Below are positions 27,975 through 38,509 of a stretch of 64,000 bases of DNA, piece after piece. The first letter of the stretch is position 1; the number at the start of each line of letters is the position of its first letter. The position numbers and the translations under genes are program-made. Under the pieces are notes generated by a model. The model saw only the letters and a list, made by a program, of their open reading frames with translations, did no database searches and was not told where the DNA came from. The stretch is from an uncultured bacterium (GTDB lineage Bacteria; UBA8481), in assembly GCA_964499705.1 (NCBI GenBank), contig CAZCME010000006.1:62001-126000 (forward strand), read 5' to 3'.

Positions 27975-29213
27975 TCAGAACATCGTCATGGCGGCCTTGG
28001 CCAGCGCGCTGGATGCATGCTGAGTATTGTCGATCCGGATGTCCGCGTTCTTCGGAGAGGACATAAATCCGCCGGCACGCAAGTCGTCATCCTGTCCCGA
28101 CGAGTCGCCGCTCTTAAGTTGAAGAGTCGAGAGAAAACGAAACCCGGCGAAGATCGAATACCGGTATCTCTGATGCCGCACGTGATCATCCTCCGCCTTC
28201 GCGATCCGGCACGCGTCCACGAGTCCTTCCAGATACGTCGCTGTATTGATGGACGGCGACTCGTGAAATGCGCCGAACACGGGATCGTCGATCTCCAGGT
28301 GCTGCTCCTTCGCGATCAGGTCGTCGCTCAATCGATACGCGAAATCGCGGTATCGTTCGTCACGCGTCAGTACGAACGCCTCCGCCATCGCGGTGGTCGT
28401 CCACGGCATGAACTTGGCCGAGCCATGCCGGTCCGGCTTCGCGGAATAGTACCGGTACGCGCGATCAAACGATCGGAGATAAGCCGTGTCCCTTGTCACC
28501 GCATACATCCTGATGAGCGCCAGCATCGCCTCGCCAGGGTAGATGGCGGAATTCCACTTCGTGCGCTTGTGTTCGCGGCTGTTCTTGTACATGTCGACGC
28601 TGCGAAACTGCCCGTTCTCCTTCTGCATGAAGAAGAGGAATCGCCCCACCGGTCCGATATACTGCGGCAGCGATGAATCGGCCCCGCGCGCGACAAGATG
28701 CACGCACGAGAGCATCGGCAGCGCGGAACCTCCGAGCTTGACCTCGCCCTCGAACTCGAAATATCCGCGATCGCGGGCGCGATCGTCCACGCGATAGCGG
28801 CTGAGCAGATACTGCATGGCCCTTCGCGCGCCCTCCTGGAAAGTCGCGTCTCCCGTCGCCTCGTGAAGAACCAGCAACGCGTATGCCGTTCCGGCCTGCC
28901 GCAGGAAATTATCCTCGTCGAAAACGGCCGAGATCACCGTGTCCTCCGCATCCACCCGGTAGACAAAACGACCGGTATTTTCTCCCTCGCGCACCTGCAT
29001 CCGGAGAATCCACCGCCCCCCCGCTTCCGCCATCGCAAGAAGCCGTTCCCGCGTGAACTCGCCTTCCAATTCCGCAAGCGTCTCCCACTTCGCGAGCCGA
29101 TCCTGTTCCCGCGCCCGATCGGAAGGAAACAGCACGCCCGTGAAGATAAGGAGAAAGACGATCTGCAGCAGAGCGGCGCACGCGACGGCCGCCATGAAAT
29201 ATTTCCGGTTCAT
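27975..29213 (-). CDS. Membrane-anchored alpha/alpha-barrel-like protein of unknown function
   Basis: N-terminal TM; motifs RQAGT.Y.L, KLGGSAL, YPGEA.LAL, RIDNTQH. Confidence 0.65.
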   Translation of the reverse strand: MNRKYFMAAVACAALLQIVFLLIFTGVLFPSDRAREQDRLAKWETLAELEGEFTRERLLAMAEAGGRWILRMQVREGENTGRFVYRVDAEDTVISAVFDEDNFLRQAGTAYALLVLHEATGDATFQEGARRAMQYLLSRYRVDDRARDRGYFEFEGEVKLGGSALPMLSCVHLVARGADSSLPQYIGPVGRFLFFMQKENGQFRSVDMYKNSREHKRTKWNSAIYPGEAMLALIRMYAVTRDTAYLRSFDRAYRYYSAKPDRHGSAKFMPWTTTAMAEAFVLTRDERYRDFAYRLSDDLIAKEQHLEIDDPVFGAFHESPSINTATYLEGLVDACRIAKAEDDHVRHQRYRYSIFAGFRFLSTLQLKSGDSSGQDDDLRAGGFMSSPKNADIRIDNTQHASSALAKAAMTMF

Positions 29214-30127
29214 TCGGTCATCCCTTCCGATTCCATTTCCTTCTCGATCCTCTCCTGCATCGCGGGCAGTTTTTCACCGTCCGAACTCCTTGTTCGAGCC
29301 ACCAAGACCATGATGGTCGCGCCGACGGCCAGCGCCACGGCCAGGGCGCCCAGCCGTTTCAATACGACGGGAGAAAGAAACCTGACCCGGGTTCTCGATT
29401 CCTCCGCCAACCTGACCGCGTCTCCGCCGGAAACATCCGCGATATAGCGAAGCAGCGCGGCGCAGAGGAGGACCGCGCCCATCATCTCCGCCGTCTCCTC
29501 AACCGCAACGGATAAAAGATAGGCGAAGCGGCCGGACCCGAGAAACAGTTCGCGGATCCCCTCCACGAAGATCGATCCGCCCCAGAAGGATAATCCGCAA
29601 AAGGCGCGCACAGCCGCTCCGGGACTCAGCGGCAGCCTCATCGTGAAGAAGACGGTGAAGAACGCGAAGACCGAGATGATGGCCGGCGCGTAGAGAATCT
29701 GCCACTGCGTCATGTACACCCAGAATCCGCCCATCGCCCTCGTCGTGGTTCGCACTTCTCTCCACAACAGATTCTCATGAAGCACCGTGATCTCGTCGAG
29801 GCTCATCGCAAATCCAACAAGCGCCACCGCCAGCCACAGTTCCGGCATCGCAAAGCACGCCTTCGTGTCCGGCGTCTCCGAGGCGCGCGCGCGCCGGTTA
29901 ATTCCATCTTCGACGTGGAAAATGAGGAGCGCGAAGAAACCGAAGAGCGCGAAAAGGCCTCCTGAAAACCAGGTCGGAATGTTGCGCTCCTTGTCCAGGT
30001 TGAACCAGTACACTCCGCCGGCCTTCACGTCGGACGCCGCCAGATGAAGGATCCCGAACGCGATCGTCGCTAGGACAAGCCCGGTGATGAACCGTCGACC
30101 GTCCCCGCGCTCCACGATCGTCGTCAT
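29210..30127 (-). CDS. Conserved polytopic membrane protein
   Basis: About 7-8 TMs; E.NIPTWFS, SLDE...LHE, EETAEMMG motifs. Confidence 0.75.
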   Translation of the reverse strand: MTTIVERGDGRRFITGLVLATIAFGILHLAASDVKAGGVYWFNLDKERNIPTWFSGGLFALFGFFALLIFHVEDGINRRARASETPDTKACFAMPELWLAVALVGFAMSLDEITVLHENLLWREVRTTTRAMGGFWVYMTQWQILYAPAIISVFAFFTVFFTMRLPLSPGAAVRAFCGLSFWGGSIFVEGIRELFLGSGRFAYLLSVAVEETAEMMGAVLLCAALLRYIADVSGGDAVRLAEESRTRVRFLSPVVLKRLGALAVALAVGATIMVLVARTRSSDGEKLPAMQERIEKEMESEGMTE

Positions 30128-33100
30128 GGCGCGGCCGTGATCCGGACGATGTTGGACCCGGCGCTCGGGAATTCGCGATACACGCGGTGATCGTGACCGG
30201 GAATCACGAACGTCGGAGCATCGGCCAGGGCCATGATCCGACGGAGCGCGGCGATGTTCCTATCGCGGTTCGCGGCCTTCGCGACCGGCACCTGCCGGAA
30301 CGCGTTCTCATAGCGATAGGCCTCGTCCCCCGCGAGCACCACGTCGCCCTCCGGAGTCTTGACGACGAGAAATTGCGATCCCGGAGTGTGACCTCCCCCG
30401 AAACAGGCCTGCACGCCGGGCAGTATTCCCGAATCGCCGTCGATCAATCGCAACCGGCCTTCCTCTCGAACGCGCTCCAACGCGTGGAAATCAGAAAGCC
30501 GCATTCCGTGCGCTCCTTCGGGCTTCTCCGCGAGAACCGCCTTCGCATGCTCATACTCCACCCTCTGCATCCAGACGACGGCACGCGGATAACGCGCGAT
30601 CCCGCCCGCATGATCCCAGTGAAAATGGGTCAGGACGAGATCCGTCACGTCGCTCCGCTTGACGCCGAACCCGGCGAGAATCCTGTGAACCGGCGTATGC
30701 GACGAAAGTTTCCATCGCTTCTCCAATTCCTCGTCTTCGAATCCCGAATCCACAAGGATGATTCTCCGCCCATCCCGCACAAGCCAGGAGTACCATGCGA
30801 ACCTCCCTTTCGCCGCGCCGCTCTTCTCGATGATGCTCGAAAGATCAATCTTGGATTCGCCGTATCGGAGCGCGAATATCTCATGGATTCCTTCCGATGT
30901 CGCCGGCGCGGCATGCGCGGCCAGCTTCCACGGCAATATCGCCACCACGACGAGCGCGCACAACCCGAGCGCGCCCGCCGCCAGCGAACCCTGTTCCAGT
31001 TGCAGCAGACGGAAGATGAGGAGAATGATGAGATACAAGGCGAAGGAGATGAGAACCGTCGACGAGAATCCGAGGACGGGAGTGAGGTTGAGCGTCAGCG
31101 GCACGGCCAGCGCGGATACGGCCGCGTTGGCGGAGAAGAGAAGTGCGGGCGCCGCGTCGTCGAGCCGGGAACGGGCGTGCGACATTAATAGGGCCAGCGG
31201 CACGCCCATGAAGAAGGAGACCGGCGCAAGGAGCAGTATGGCGAACGAGATACGCGCCGCCTGCGGCAGAGGCGCCGCCAGCGTGAAGAGTCGCGGGTAG
31301 AAATGGATCAGGCATCCGCCGAAAACAAGGATGCCGACGACGGAGCCGACCGCGCCGCGCCAGCCCCATCGTCCTCCGATAAGGCTGCCGAAAGAAGAGA
31401 AGACGAGCATGCCGCCGATGACGACGGCCAGCGACGTGAGCGGCGACCCCAGGAAGATCTCGAATTTCTGGTAGAGAACAATCTCGAGAATCAGGTAGGC
31501 CAGGCCCGACAGCGACGCGGCCGCCAGGAACGGAATCCTGAGGAGCGCGCCTCGCCGCTTCAGGAACATCGCGCCGATGAAAAGCATCGCGAGGGCGGAG
31601 AGGCCGAGCACTTCGGCGTACGCATTCTTGAGATATGAAAGCGACGGGCTGATGTGAAACGGGAACGGTCGATCGTCGGTCGCGGGGCGCATGGTGAACA
31701 TGCGCGAGAATGTGTCCGGGAAATCGCCGCGCAGCGCGCGGGCGACATGCCCTCCGCCCGGCCGCCCGGGCACGTACAGGGGCAGAAGCGTCATGTCCTT
31801 CAGCGGACCAAGCCGGCGGCCGGCGCTGTCACCGGCCGCGGAGATCCCGTTGCACGCCTCGATCCACCGGTCGAATTTCACGACGTCCGAATCGGACACG
31901 GGAGAAGTCTTAACGAGAATCTGGACGTAGGCGTTCGTCGGAGTCGTCCAGAGAAAGGCGAGAACATGCCGAGCGGGATCGTCCGCGCCGCGATCCAGCA
32001 GTCCCTGCCGCAGGGTCGAGAGGATTTTCCAGACCGGAGCCTCCCGCGCGGCCGTCATCCCGATGGGCTCCTCGATGACGAGAAAGCCGCGATCTGTCAG
32101 ATGAGAGAAATAAGCGCGAGCGGCGTCGACCGTGTGCAGGTATTCCGGCACGGGCTCGCGCCCCCGCGTCGTGCCGCGCGAAAAGTGAGCGTTAAGAAGG
32201 GTGATGAAATCGTAGCGCGTGTCGGACCGGTCGAGAAATGTCCGCCCGTCCATGACGGACACGTTGATCCCGTCGTAGCAACGCCGCGACGCGCGCGCCA
32301 GGGGTCCGTCCATCAGCCTCACGACCGCCGGATTGATCTCCACGCCGTCCACGATCCCTCCCGCGTTCACCGCCGTCTTCGTCACTCCTTCGACGGAGAG
32401 ACCGACGATGAGAACCGACGGGGAATCGAAAAATCCGTAGGGCAGCCGCGGATCGATCTCGTAGGAAGTTCGTTCCAGGGGCCGGATCGTGTCGATGATC
32501 CGGCCGTTCTCCAGGACCTTCAGGTAGTCATCCTTCGGTTTTCGGCGCGCGATATCGATCCGGCCGGCGAGCGTCGACGCCGTGTGCAGAATGGAGCCGC
32601 GCGGATAGCGTTCCGCGATGCGTGCCCTCGTCATGGAGAGAAATGAATGTTGCGAAACCAGGAAGGCCAGCGCCAGGAGCGCGACGGGAACCGCGGCACG
32701 CATCAGCTTTCTGGAGAACGATGGCCGGCCGTTCGCGGGAGACAAAACAAGAGCGGTGAAGGCGCCGAGAGCGGCCAGCGCCAGCACCGCTCCTTCCTCC
32801 AGAAAATTCGCGACCAGGATGTTGGTGGTCGCGGCGGCAAGCGCGGCGCCCGCCAGGTCCGTGAAGTAGGCGAGGTGCGCCGGCAGACGCCTCAGGCCAA
32901 GAGTGATGACCATGCTCGGCAGCGCAAAGGCCGGCATCAGGAAGAGGCTCGCCATGAAAGGCCATTCTCCATGCGCGGCCGCGGGTCCCAACGCCAGGAT
33001 CAGCATGATCGGCGTCACCATGGCCGCGCGCCTCAGCCACAGGTCGCATTCCACGAAGGGCGCCAGGGATCCTGCGGCCCCTCCGATGGCGATACCGAGG

Positions 33101-33960
33101 AGCGCGATGGAGATGGCGGCGCTGGAGCTGACGTAGTTGCCTGACACAAGGAGCATCTGGGCGAGAATGAGCTCCAGGGATACGACGGTATAGGCACTGG
33201 CGAATATGCCGGCCAGGATCGACCGATCGGGAATTGCGATTCCGATCGGCGCCGATCCCGCAGGTTTTTCCTCCGGCGGCACCGCGACCCGCGGAGCCGC
33301 CGCGAGGCGTCCGAGAGAACCGACGAGGAGAATCGCGCCGCACAGAAATGTCTCCCCCTTCAGAAGCGAAAAATAGAGTTTCGCATCGCCGCGCAGATGG
33401 TAGGGCGCCAGGTGCAGCAGCAGGGAGGCGGTCCATGTCGCAAACCATGCGGCGCTCAGCGTATGGGAAACACGCGCGGTCTCCTCGCGCTTCCGGATTT
33501 CATCATGAAACAGGAAGAGAAAAGGAGGACCAACCACCATCAGAAACGCGGGCCCTCTCAGGAAATGGAACCAGTGGAATCCTCCCCACGCATCGACATA
33601 GTTGAGCCCCATCCACTCCAGCCGTGTCGCAAGCCTCGTGATCTCGCAGATGGAGAGCAGGAGAAGCAGGACGCTGCAAACGGGCAGAATCCGATTTTCC
33701 GCTCCCCCCGCTTCACCAGGCGAACAGGACTTCACGTGAAGCCATCGCGCGATGATCGCGGCGACGACGAGGAGTATCGCGATGAGCCAGGACGCGAACG
33801 TCAGGGAATTATCGAAGTTGAACCAGGAGTCCCGTCCCTGTCCCCATGTGTACCGGGGGAAGAGGAGATGAGCGACGCCCAGGTGCAGAGCCAGGACCAG
33901 GAGCCCGATCGTGTAGATCCGGACGCAGCGCTGGCCGTATGTTTCTTCGCCGGAATTCAT
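30124..33960 (-). CDS. Fusion of a degenerate membrane domain, a membrane-embedded spermidine-synthase-like methyltransferase and an AHL-lactonase-like metallo-beta-lactamase domain
   Basis: VLIVGL..EG, VEINPAVV, DGRTFL, YDFI, EYLHT..A; PATDDRPF; THFHWDHAGG, HTPGSQ, LAGD, PGHD. Confidence 0.85.
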   Translation of the reverse strand: MNSGEETYGQRCVRIYTIGLLVLALHLGVAHLLFPRYTWGQGRDSWFNFDNSLTFASWLIAILLVVAAIIARWLHVKSCSPGEAGGAENRILPVCSVLLLLLSICEITRLATRLEWMGLNYVDAWGGFHWFHFLRGPAFLMVVGPPFLFLFHDEIRKREETARVSHTLSAAWFATWTASLLLHLAPYHLRGDAKLYFSLLKGETFLCGAILLVGSLGRLAAAPRVAVPPEEKPAGSAPIGIAIPDRSILAGIFASAYTVVSLELILAQMLLVSGNYVSSSAAISIALLGIAIGGAAGSLAPFVECDLWLRRAAMVTPIMLILALGPAAAHGEWPFMASLFLMPAFALPSMVITLGLRRLPAHLAYFTDLAGAALAAATTNILVANFLEEGAVLALAALGAFTALVLSPANGRPSFSRKLMRAAVPVALLALAFLVSQHSFLSMTRARIAERYPRGSILHTASTLAGRIDIARRKPKDDYLKVLENGRIIDTIRPLERTSYEIDPRLPYGFFDSPSVLIVGLSVEGVTKTAVNAGGIVDGVEINPAVVRLMDGPLARASRRCYDGINVSVMDGRTFLDRSDTRYDFITLLNAHFSRGTTRGREPVPEYLHTVDAARAYFSHLTDRGFLVIEEPIGMTAAREAPVWKILSTLRQGLLDRGADDPARHVLAFLWTTPTNAYVQILVKTSPVSDSDVVKFDRWIEACNGISAAGDSAGRRLGPLKDMTLLPLYVPGRPGGGHVARALRGDFPDTFSRMFTMRPATDDRPFPFHISPSLSYLKNAYAEVLGLSALAMLFIGAMFLKRRGALLRIPFLAAASLSGLAYLILEIVLYQKFEIFLGSPLTSLAVVIGGMLVFSSFGSLIGGRWGWRGAVGSVVGILVFGGCLIHFYPRLFTLAAPLPQAARISFAILLLAPVSFFMGVPLALLMSHARSRLDDAAPALLFSANAAVSALAVPLTLNLTPVLGFSSTVLISFALYLIILLIFRLLQLEQGSLAAGALGLCALVVVAILPWKLAAHAAPATSEGIHEIFALRYGESKIDLSSIIEKSGAAKGRFAWYSWLVRDGRRIILVDSGFEDEELEKRWKLSSHTPVHRILAGFGVKRSDVTDLVLTHFHWDHAGGIARYPRAVVWMQRVEYEHAKAVLAEKPEGAHGMRLSDFHALERVREEGRLRLIDGDSGILPGVQACFGGGHTPGSQFLVVKTPEGDVVLAGDEAYRYENAFRQVPVAKAANRDRNIAALRRIMALADAPTFVIPGHDHRVYREFPSAGSNIVRITAAP

Positions 33961-34124
33961 GAACGATTACCGGCGGAAGCCGTCGCGTCGACGTGCATGG
34001 CGCTCATTTTCATTGTTCGGAATTCAATTGTCATCATAATCCGTTCCATGCGAATGCAAAACGAACCGCGGCGCGGATACCGGGATCGCGGGATATCGCG
34101 TGCCAGACGGTTGGATTCCGTCTT

Positions 34125-35972
34125 GTGAAACGCAGATTCCGCATACTCCTTGTGGAGGAGAACAAGTTTCAACGGAGCCTCCTGAACCGCTTCCTTGACG
34201 CGCACGATTTCTTCCCGGGATCCCGTTCCAGGAATTACCGGGAACTGCTGGCCGCCTTCGGGCTCCCTCATGACGTCGTCGAAGCGCACGAACTCGCGTT
34301 CACGCTCGCGAAACGGAAAGACCTCATCCCCTGCAGCGCCGTGATCCTGGCCTGTCCTCCCGCGCTGATACCCGGCGATGCGATGACGGAGCTGCGGCGT
34401 CTCTCGATGGAAGAGGGCGTCTCGCTCATCGCCGATTCTTTCCTGCTGTCCCGGCGCGGCGCCGTGGATCTTTTCGGAAACGCGTCGGTCGGCGGTTGGA
34501 GATTCGCCGGCGGACGAATGAGGACTGACAATGGCGGAACGCTTTACGAAATCGAGCCGGGACCGTATTCCGCGCGCGGTCCGGATACCGGCCTGAAACC
34601 CTGCCTGCGCTTTCTTCTCCAGGGTTTCCATGCCCGCTCCCTGCGGCCCGGCGACGCCGTTCCGACCGCGCATCATGCCAACGGTCTCCCGGCGATCCTG
34701 GAACATCGATTTGGAAAAGCTCGCAACCTGCTTCTCAATTTTCATCCGGCTTTCGTCCTTCGCGAGCCGAATCCCTTTCATGTGTTCTTGAGAAATTTTC
34801 TGGAAGAGAAAGGCGCGTGCCCGGGCGTCGCGCTTCATCTGCTGGACGCCGCCTGTCTCCGCATCGACGATCCCGGCTCCTGCGAGCGCGCGCATCTCGA
34901 CGGATACAACGATCGCGTGCTGCCCAGGAGCGCATGGGAGTCCCTCCTCGCGATGCTGCGACGCGAGCACGCTCACCTGAATGTCGCCTACGTTCCCCAA
35001 TGGATCGATGACGGCGAAGAGGAGCGCGGGACGCTGGAAGTCGGCGGCAAAAGAATCGAACAGCGCATCCCGGGCGCGGCTTATGACTCGTGGAAGATCG
35101 CTTACAGGAAGAAAGGTTCGGCGGCTGTTCATGATTACGCGCAGGAATACGAAGCGATCGCGCGTGGGGCGAAGGGGAATGCCGTCACGATTCTTTCGCA
35201 CGGTCTGACGCACCTGGCGCCGGATGTGGGGGCGTGGCTGAGCGCGCCCGACAGGCACCGCAACGGGAAATGGTTCCGCGAATTCCGGACGATGGTCCGC
35301 GGCCGGAAGGCCACTCCCCGCGAACTGCTGGATAGAATCCGTCTCGGGATGGACAGGATCCAGGAGGCATTTGGAACGCGTCCGACCGTCATTGTTCCAT
35401 CCGCGCATGAACATGACGCGGATTTCGGCGTGCTCGCCCGGGAAGCGGGATGCCTCGGGGTGGCCAGCAGGGCCTTCTATCCGGTCGCCCGCGGAAGCGA
35501 CGCGTCTCTTCGGAAGATCGCCGCTTTCTATCCTCCCGATGCGCGCGCGGGACACGCCTTCCTGGAAGCCGGATACTGTCCGACACTCGTCTTTCACGAC
35601 TATGACATTCGTGACGACGATCATGCCTGGCTCGTGACGATGATCGGCGAAATGCGCCGTCGGGGCGCACGCCGCTTCATATCCATCGAGGAGCTCGCCG
35701 GCCTCCTCGCGTGCGAACTCGACGTGTATGCGGAGAACGATACGATCGAGCTGTCGATAACGCTTCCGAAGTCCCATCCTTCCCTGCCGCCGGGACTCCC
35801 GTTCATTTCTCTCAGGTGCGGAGGCGCAATCGAAACCTGTTCGATCCAAGGAAGCATTGAGTCGTGCTCCATCGAGAGCGCGACGGATCTGACCGTCCTG
35901 CGGGTTCCGGCGAAAGCGTTTCGCGACGGCGCGGTACGACTTCGCGCCCTACGTGGAGGAGTCCATGGATGA
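34125..35972 (+). CDS. Polysaccharide-deacetylase-like (NodB/GH57-type barrel) hypothetical protein
   Basis: LRIDDP, SHGLTH, IVPSAH, LVFH pattern; start uncertain. Confidence 0.55.
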   Translation: MKRRFRILLVEENKFQRSLLNRFLDAHDFFPGSRSRNYRELLAAFGLPHDVVEAHELAFTLAKRKDLIPCSAVILACPPALIPGDAMTELRRLSMEEGVSLIADSFLLSRRGAVDLFGNASVGGWRFAGGRMRTDNGGTLYEIEPGPYSARGPDTGLKPCLRFLLQGFHARSLRPGDAVPTAHHANGLPAILEHRFGKARNLLLNFHPAFVLREPNPFHVFLRNFLEEKGACPGVALHLLDAACLRIDDPGSCERAHLDGYNDRVLPRSAWESLLAMLRREHAHLNVAYVPQWIDDGEEERGTLEVGGKRIEQRIPGAAYDSWKIAYRKKGSAAVHDYAQEYEAIARGAKGNAVTILSHGLTHLAPDVGAWLSAPDRHRNGKWFREFRTMVRGRKATPRELLDRIRLGMDRIQEAFGTRPTVIVPSAHEHDADFGVLAREAGCLGVASRAFYPVARGSDASLRKIAAFYPPDARAGHAFLEAGYCPTLVFHDYDIRDDDHAWLVTMIGEMRRRGARRFISIEELAGLLACELDVYAENDTIELSITLPKSHPSLPPGLPFISLRCGGAIETCSIQGSIESCSIESATDLTVLRVPAKAFRDGAVRLRALRGGVHG

Positions 35973-35979
35973 TCCTGGT

Positions 35980-36987
35980 TCAAGTTTTCCCCTCACCAGC
36001 GGGAGGATCCGCCGGCATGATGCGGGAGGCGGAGAAGTTGGCGCCTTCAGCCAGACCGATCATCCAGGCCAACTGGCCGGCGGCGATCAGCGGGAGCACT
36101 TGAGGCTTCAGGAGGATATCCGCGGGCTTGCGTCGTACAGTGCGAAGGATGCTCTTCACGAGCTTGACGAGAGGAAATATCGGCAGCAATAGATTGAAGA
36201 AGAAGGGGCGGCGGACGAGCCGGGATCCCCGGACGTCAGTACGCAGCAGAAACTCCGCGCCTGCTTTTCCGATCCTGCGCTGATGTCGAAGAAATCCGAG
36301 GAACGTCGAACGGTGATAATGCAGGACGCGGATCTTCTCGTGAAAGATAAGGCTCCGGTCGTGACGATCCCGCAGAAACTTCCAACTGAAGTAGCGGTCC
36401 TCCTGCGGAAACATCTCCGTTGGATACCCGCCCAGACGCAGGAAGTCCGCCTTCCGGATCATGATATTCCCCGACGGCAGATGCTCGACCGGAAATCTCC
36501 CGCGCCGCGTGTAGAACTGGCTGAATTCGAGAATGTGCCCGGCGCAACTCACGATCGACTCCGGGTTCGCGTTCTCGATAGGTCCTCCCACCGCGGCGGC
36601 ATCCTCCTTCAGATTCTGCATCATGAGCTTTAACCAGTCGGCGCCTGCGACACAATCGGAATCGATGAAGGCCAGGAGCTCCGCGTGCGCGGATTTCGCT
36701 CCGATGTTCCGCCCTTCTCCGGCGGACGTCTGTTTCTCCAGGCGAATGAGCCGCACTCGCGGACCGAATTCGCGGATGATGGAATCTGATCCGTCATCGG
36801 AGCTGTCGACGACAATGACCTCATAGGGCTGGCCGATCTCCTGCGCCACCACGCTCTCCAGGACGCGCCGGATGGTGGCACCGGATCGGAACGAAGGGAT
36901 GATGACGGAGGCGATCAGGGTATCAGGTGTTTTTTCCGGAGGCACGGGAGCGAAGGTAGCGAAACGGGCCGCCGCGGGCAAGGACAA
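35980..36987 (-). CDS. Glycosyltransferase family 2
   Basis: SVIIPSF, VIVVDSSDD, RNIGA, AFIDSDC, ED. Confidence 0.9.
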   Translation of the reverse strand: MSLPAAARFATFAPVPPEKTPDTLIASVIIPSFRSGATIRRVLESVVAQEIGQPYEVIVVDSSDDGSDSIIREFGPRVRLIRLEKQTSAGEGRNIGAKSAHAELLAFIDSDCVAGADWLKLMMQNLKEDAAAVGGPIENANPESIVSCAGHILEFSQFYTRRGRFPVEHLPSGNIMIRKADFLRLGGYPTEMFPQEDRYFSWKFLRDRHDRSLIFHEKIRVLHYHRSTFLGFLRHQRRIGKAGAEFLLRTDVRGSRLVRRPFFFNLLLPIFPLVKLVKSILRTVRRKPADILLKPQVLPLIAAGQLAWMIGLAEGANFSASRIMPADPPAGEGKT

Positions 36988-36993
36988 GCTCGA

Positions 36994-37200
36994 TCAAGGA
37001 TTCTTCGCCGGCGCTCCATACTGCTTCTCCAGCCTCGGCATCAGGAGCTCCGGCAGAGGAGAATATCTCATCCCCGTTTCGATCTCGGCGAGCGGAGGCG
37101 AATACGGCGCGGGGACGCAGAGATACCAGAGCCATGCGGAGAAGGAAACGACGATCAGGGTGTAGAAGATCGCCATGTGATTGCGAAGCGTCCACTTCAT
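36994..37200 (-). CDS. Small single-TM protein (68 aa), similar to the N-terminus of 26882-27760
   Basis: ATG overlaps the TPR stop (ATGA); TM ending WYLCVPAP...LAEIE versus YWAVPDP...LAERE. Confidence 0.6.
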   Translation of the reverse strand: MKWTLRNHMAIFYTLIVVSFSAWLWYLCVPAPYSPPLAEIETGMRYSPLPELLMPRLEKQYGAPAKNP

Positions 37201-37877
37201 CGCCGGTTCCTCAGAGGCGAATCGCTCGTCTTGAACTGAACATCTTCGATCTGATCGTCCTCCATTCCTTTCTTCAATGCGAGCAGATGCGGCTCGAGGT
37301 CCGTGCCGCGCGTCGTCAGGATCAGCCGGTCCGTCAAGGCGATCGCTTCCGCGAACTGTCCACGATCGCGCAATATCTTCGCGGCGACAATGAGCCGCGC
37401 AAGTTCTTCTCCGCCCGGCTTGATCATCGAGAGAAAGTCCAGGTTCTCGCGGACCTGGTCGGCATATTTTCCGTCCGGATGCCGCGCGATGTACTGCGCG
37501 AACAGGGCGCGGGCGCCTTCCACATCTCCGATCCGGTTCAGCGCGATCCATCCGGCGGTATACGTCGCTTCCTCCGCATGATAATCCTCCGGCAACTGCG
37601 TCCCGATGTAGCGATAATAATGGCGCGCTGTGACGTAATCATGGTCCCGGAGCGCCCGAACGGCGATCTCGTACGCCGTCCGGGCGTGTTGCATCCGGAG
37701 CTCGGCGGGGGGCGCGTAAACCCAGATCATGATTCCCGCCACGTTGAGGACGAGCGCCACAAGCTCCCAGATCATCGGCATCGTCCAGTGCCGGTTCACT
37801 TCCTCGATCCTCTTCCGCTCCTCCACGCCGTGTGAGCGGAGATCCTCCAGCGTCGCCGACAGGCTGGCGGTGGTCAT
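37197..37877 (-). CDS. Membrane-anchored TPR protein, type B
   Basis: TM, then AEEATYTAGWIALNRIGD, matching AAEATFEAGWTAWRRLGL of 22751-23332. Confidence 0.8.
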   Translation of the reverse strand: MTTASLSATLEDLRSHGVEERKRIEEVNRHWTMPMIWELVALVLNVAGIMIWVYAPPAELRMQHARTAYEIAVRALRDHDYVTARHYYRYIGTQLPEDYHAEEATYTAGWIALNRIGDVEGARALFAQYIARHPDGKYADQVRENLDFLSMIKPGGEELARLIVAAKILRDRGQFAEAIALTDRLILTTRGTDLEPHLLALKKGMEDDQIEDVQFKTSDSPLRNRR

Positions 37878-38509
37878 TGGAGGCTCGACAGCGCGCGCCA
37901 GTTGGCGCCGGGATAGGCCGACTGGAGCCGGCTTAGATACTTATTCGCGAGCTGTGGTTCATGGAGCCGCGATGCCGAGATCGTGTATCCCTGGTACAGG
38001 GCGAAGGGAATGATCGTGTCGGATGCGTGCTGCCAGAGGAGCTGATCGATCTTGGCAATGGCCTTCGAATGTTCTCCCCTGCGGCTAAGGCCCACCGCGG
38101 TGAAGTAGAGCGAAATCGCCGGGGAGCCGGGTCCTCCTTCCGCACGTATGAGGTCCGCGTAAGTTTTCGCCGTCAACGATTCAGGGTGGCCGGGAAATAC
38201 CGTCATCAGTTCGTCCAATCCCGCCAGCGCCTTCCCGATGTCGTTCCGATGCCGCAGGTCGAACCGGGCCATCTCCATCATCGCCTCGGGCGCCGTCGGC
38301 GACGATCTGTACGAGGGCTCGTTCAATGTGTCGAGAATTTTCGCCGCTTCGGAAATTCTGCCGCGCTCTTCGTATCGGCGCGCCAGGACCACGCCCTTCT
38401 CGGCATATTCCGCTCTCGCGACATGCGGCTGCATGACGGTGAAGGAGAGCACGACGAAGAAGTGGACTCCGGCGGCGAACGCCGCCCAGAGTCCGAGACG
38501 TTCCTTCAT
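37874..38509 (-). CDS. Exported or anchored TPR protein, type A
   Basis: TM, then APEAMMEMARFDLRHRNDIGKA, matching APKAGYALAEIHKRHNFDMEKA of 23567-24271. Confidence 0.8.
   Translation of the reverse strand: MKERLGLWAAFAAGVHFFVVLSFTVMQPHVARAEYAEKGVVLARRYEERGRISEAAKILDTLNEPSYRSSPTAPEAMMEMARFDLRHRNDIGKALAGLDELMTVFPGHPESLTAKTYADLIRAEGGPGSPAISLYFTAVGLSRRGEHSKAIAKIDQLLWQHASDTIIPFALYQGYTISASRLHEPQLANKYLSRLQSAYPGANWRALSSLQ

Noticed and set aside
33957-35849. Long antisense ORFs (also 44499-46547, 24355-25608, 4619-6010, 17103-18917 and others)
   Set aside because: They are shadows of well-supported genes on the opposite strand in GC-rich DNA, with no motifs
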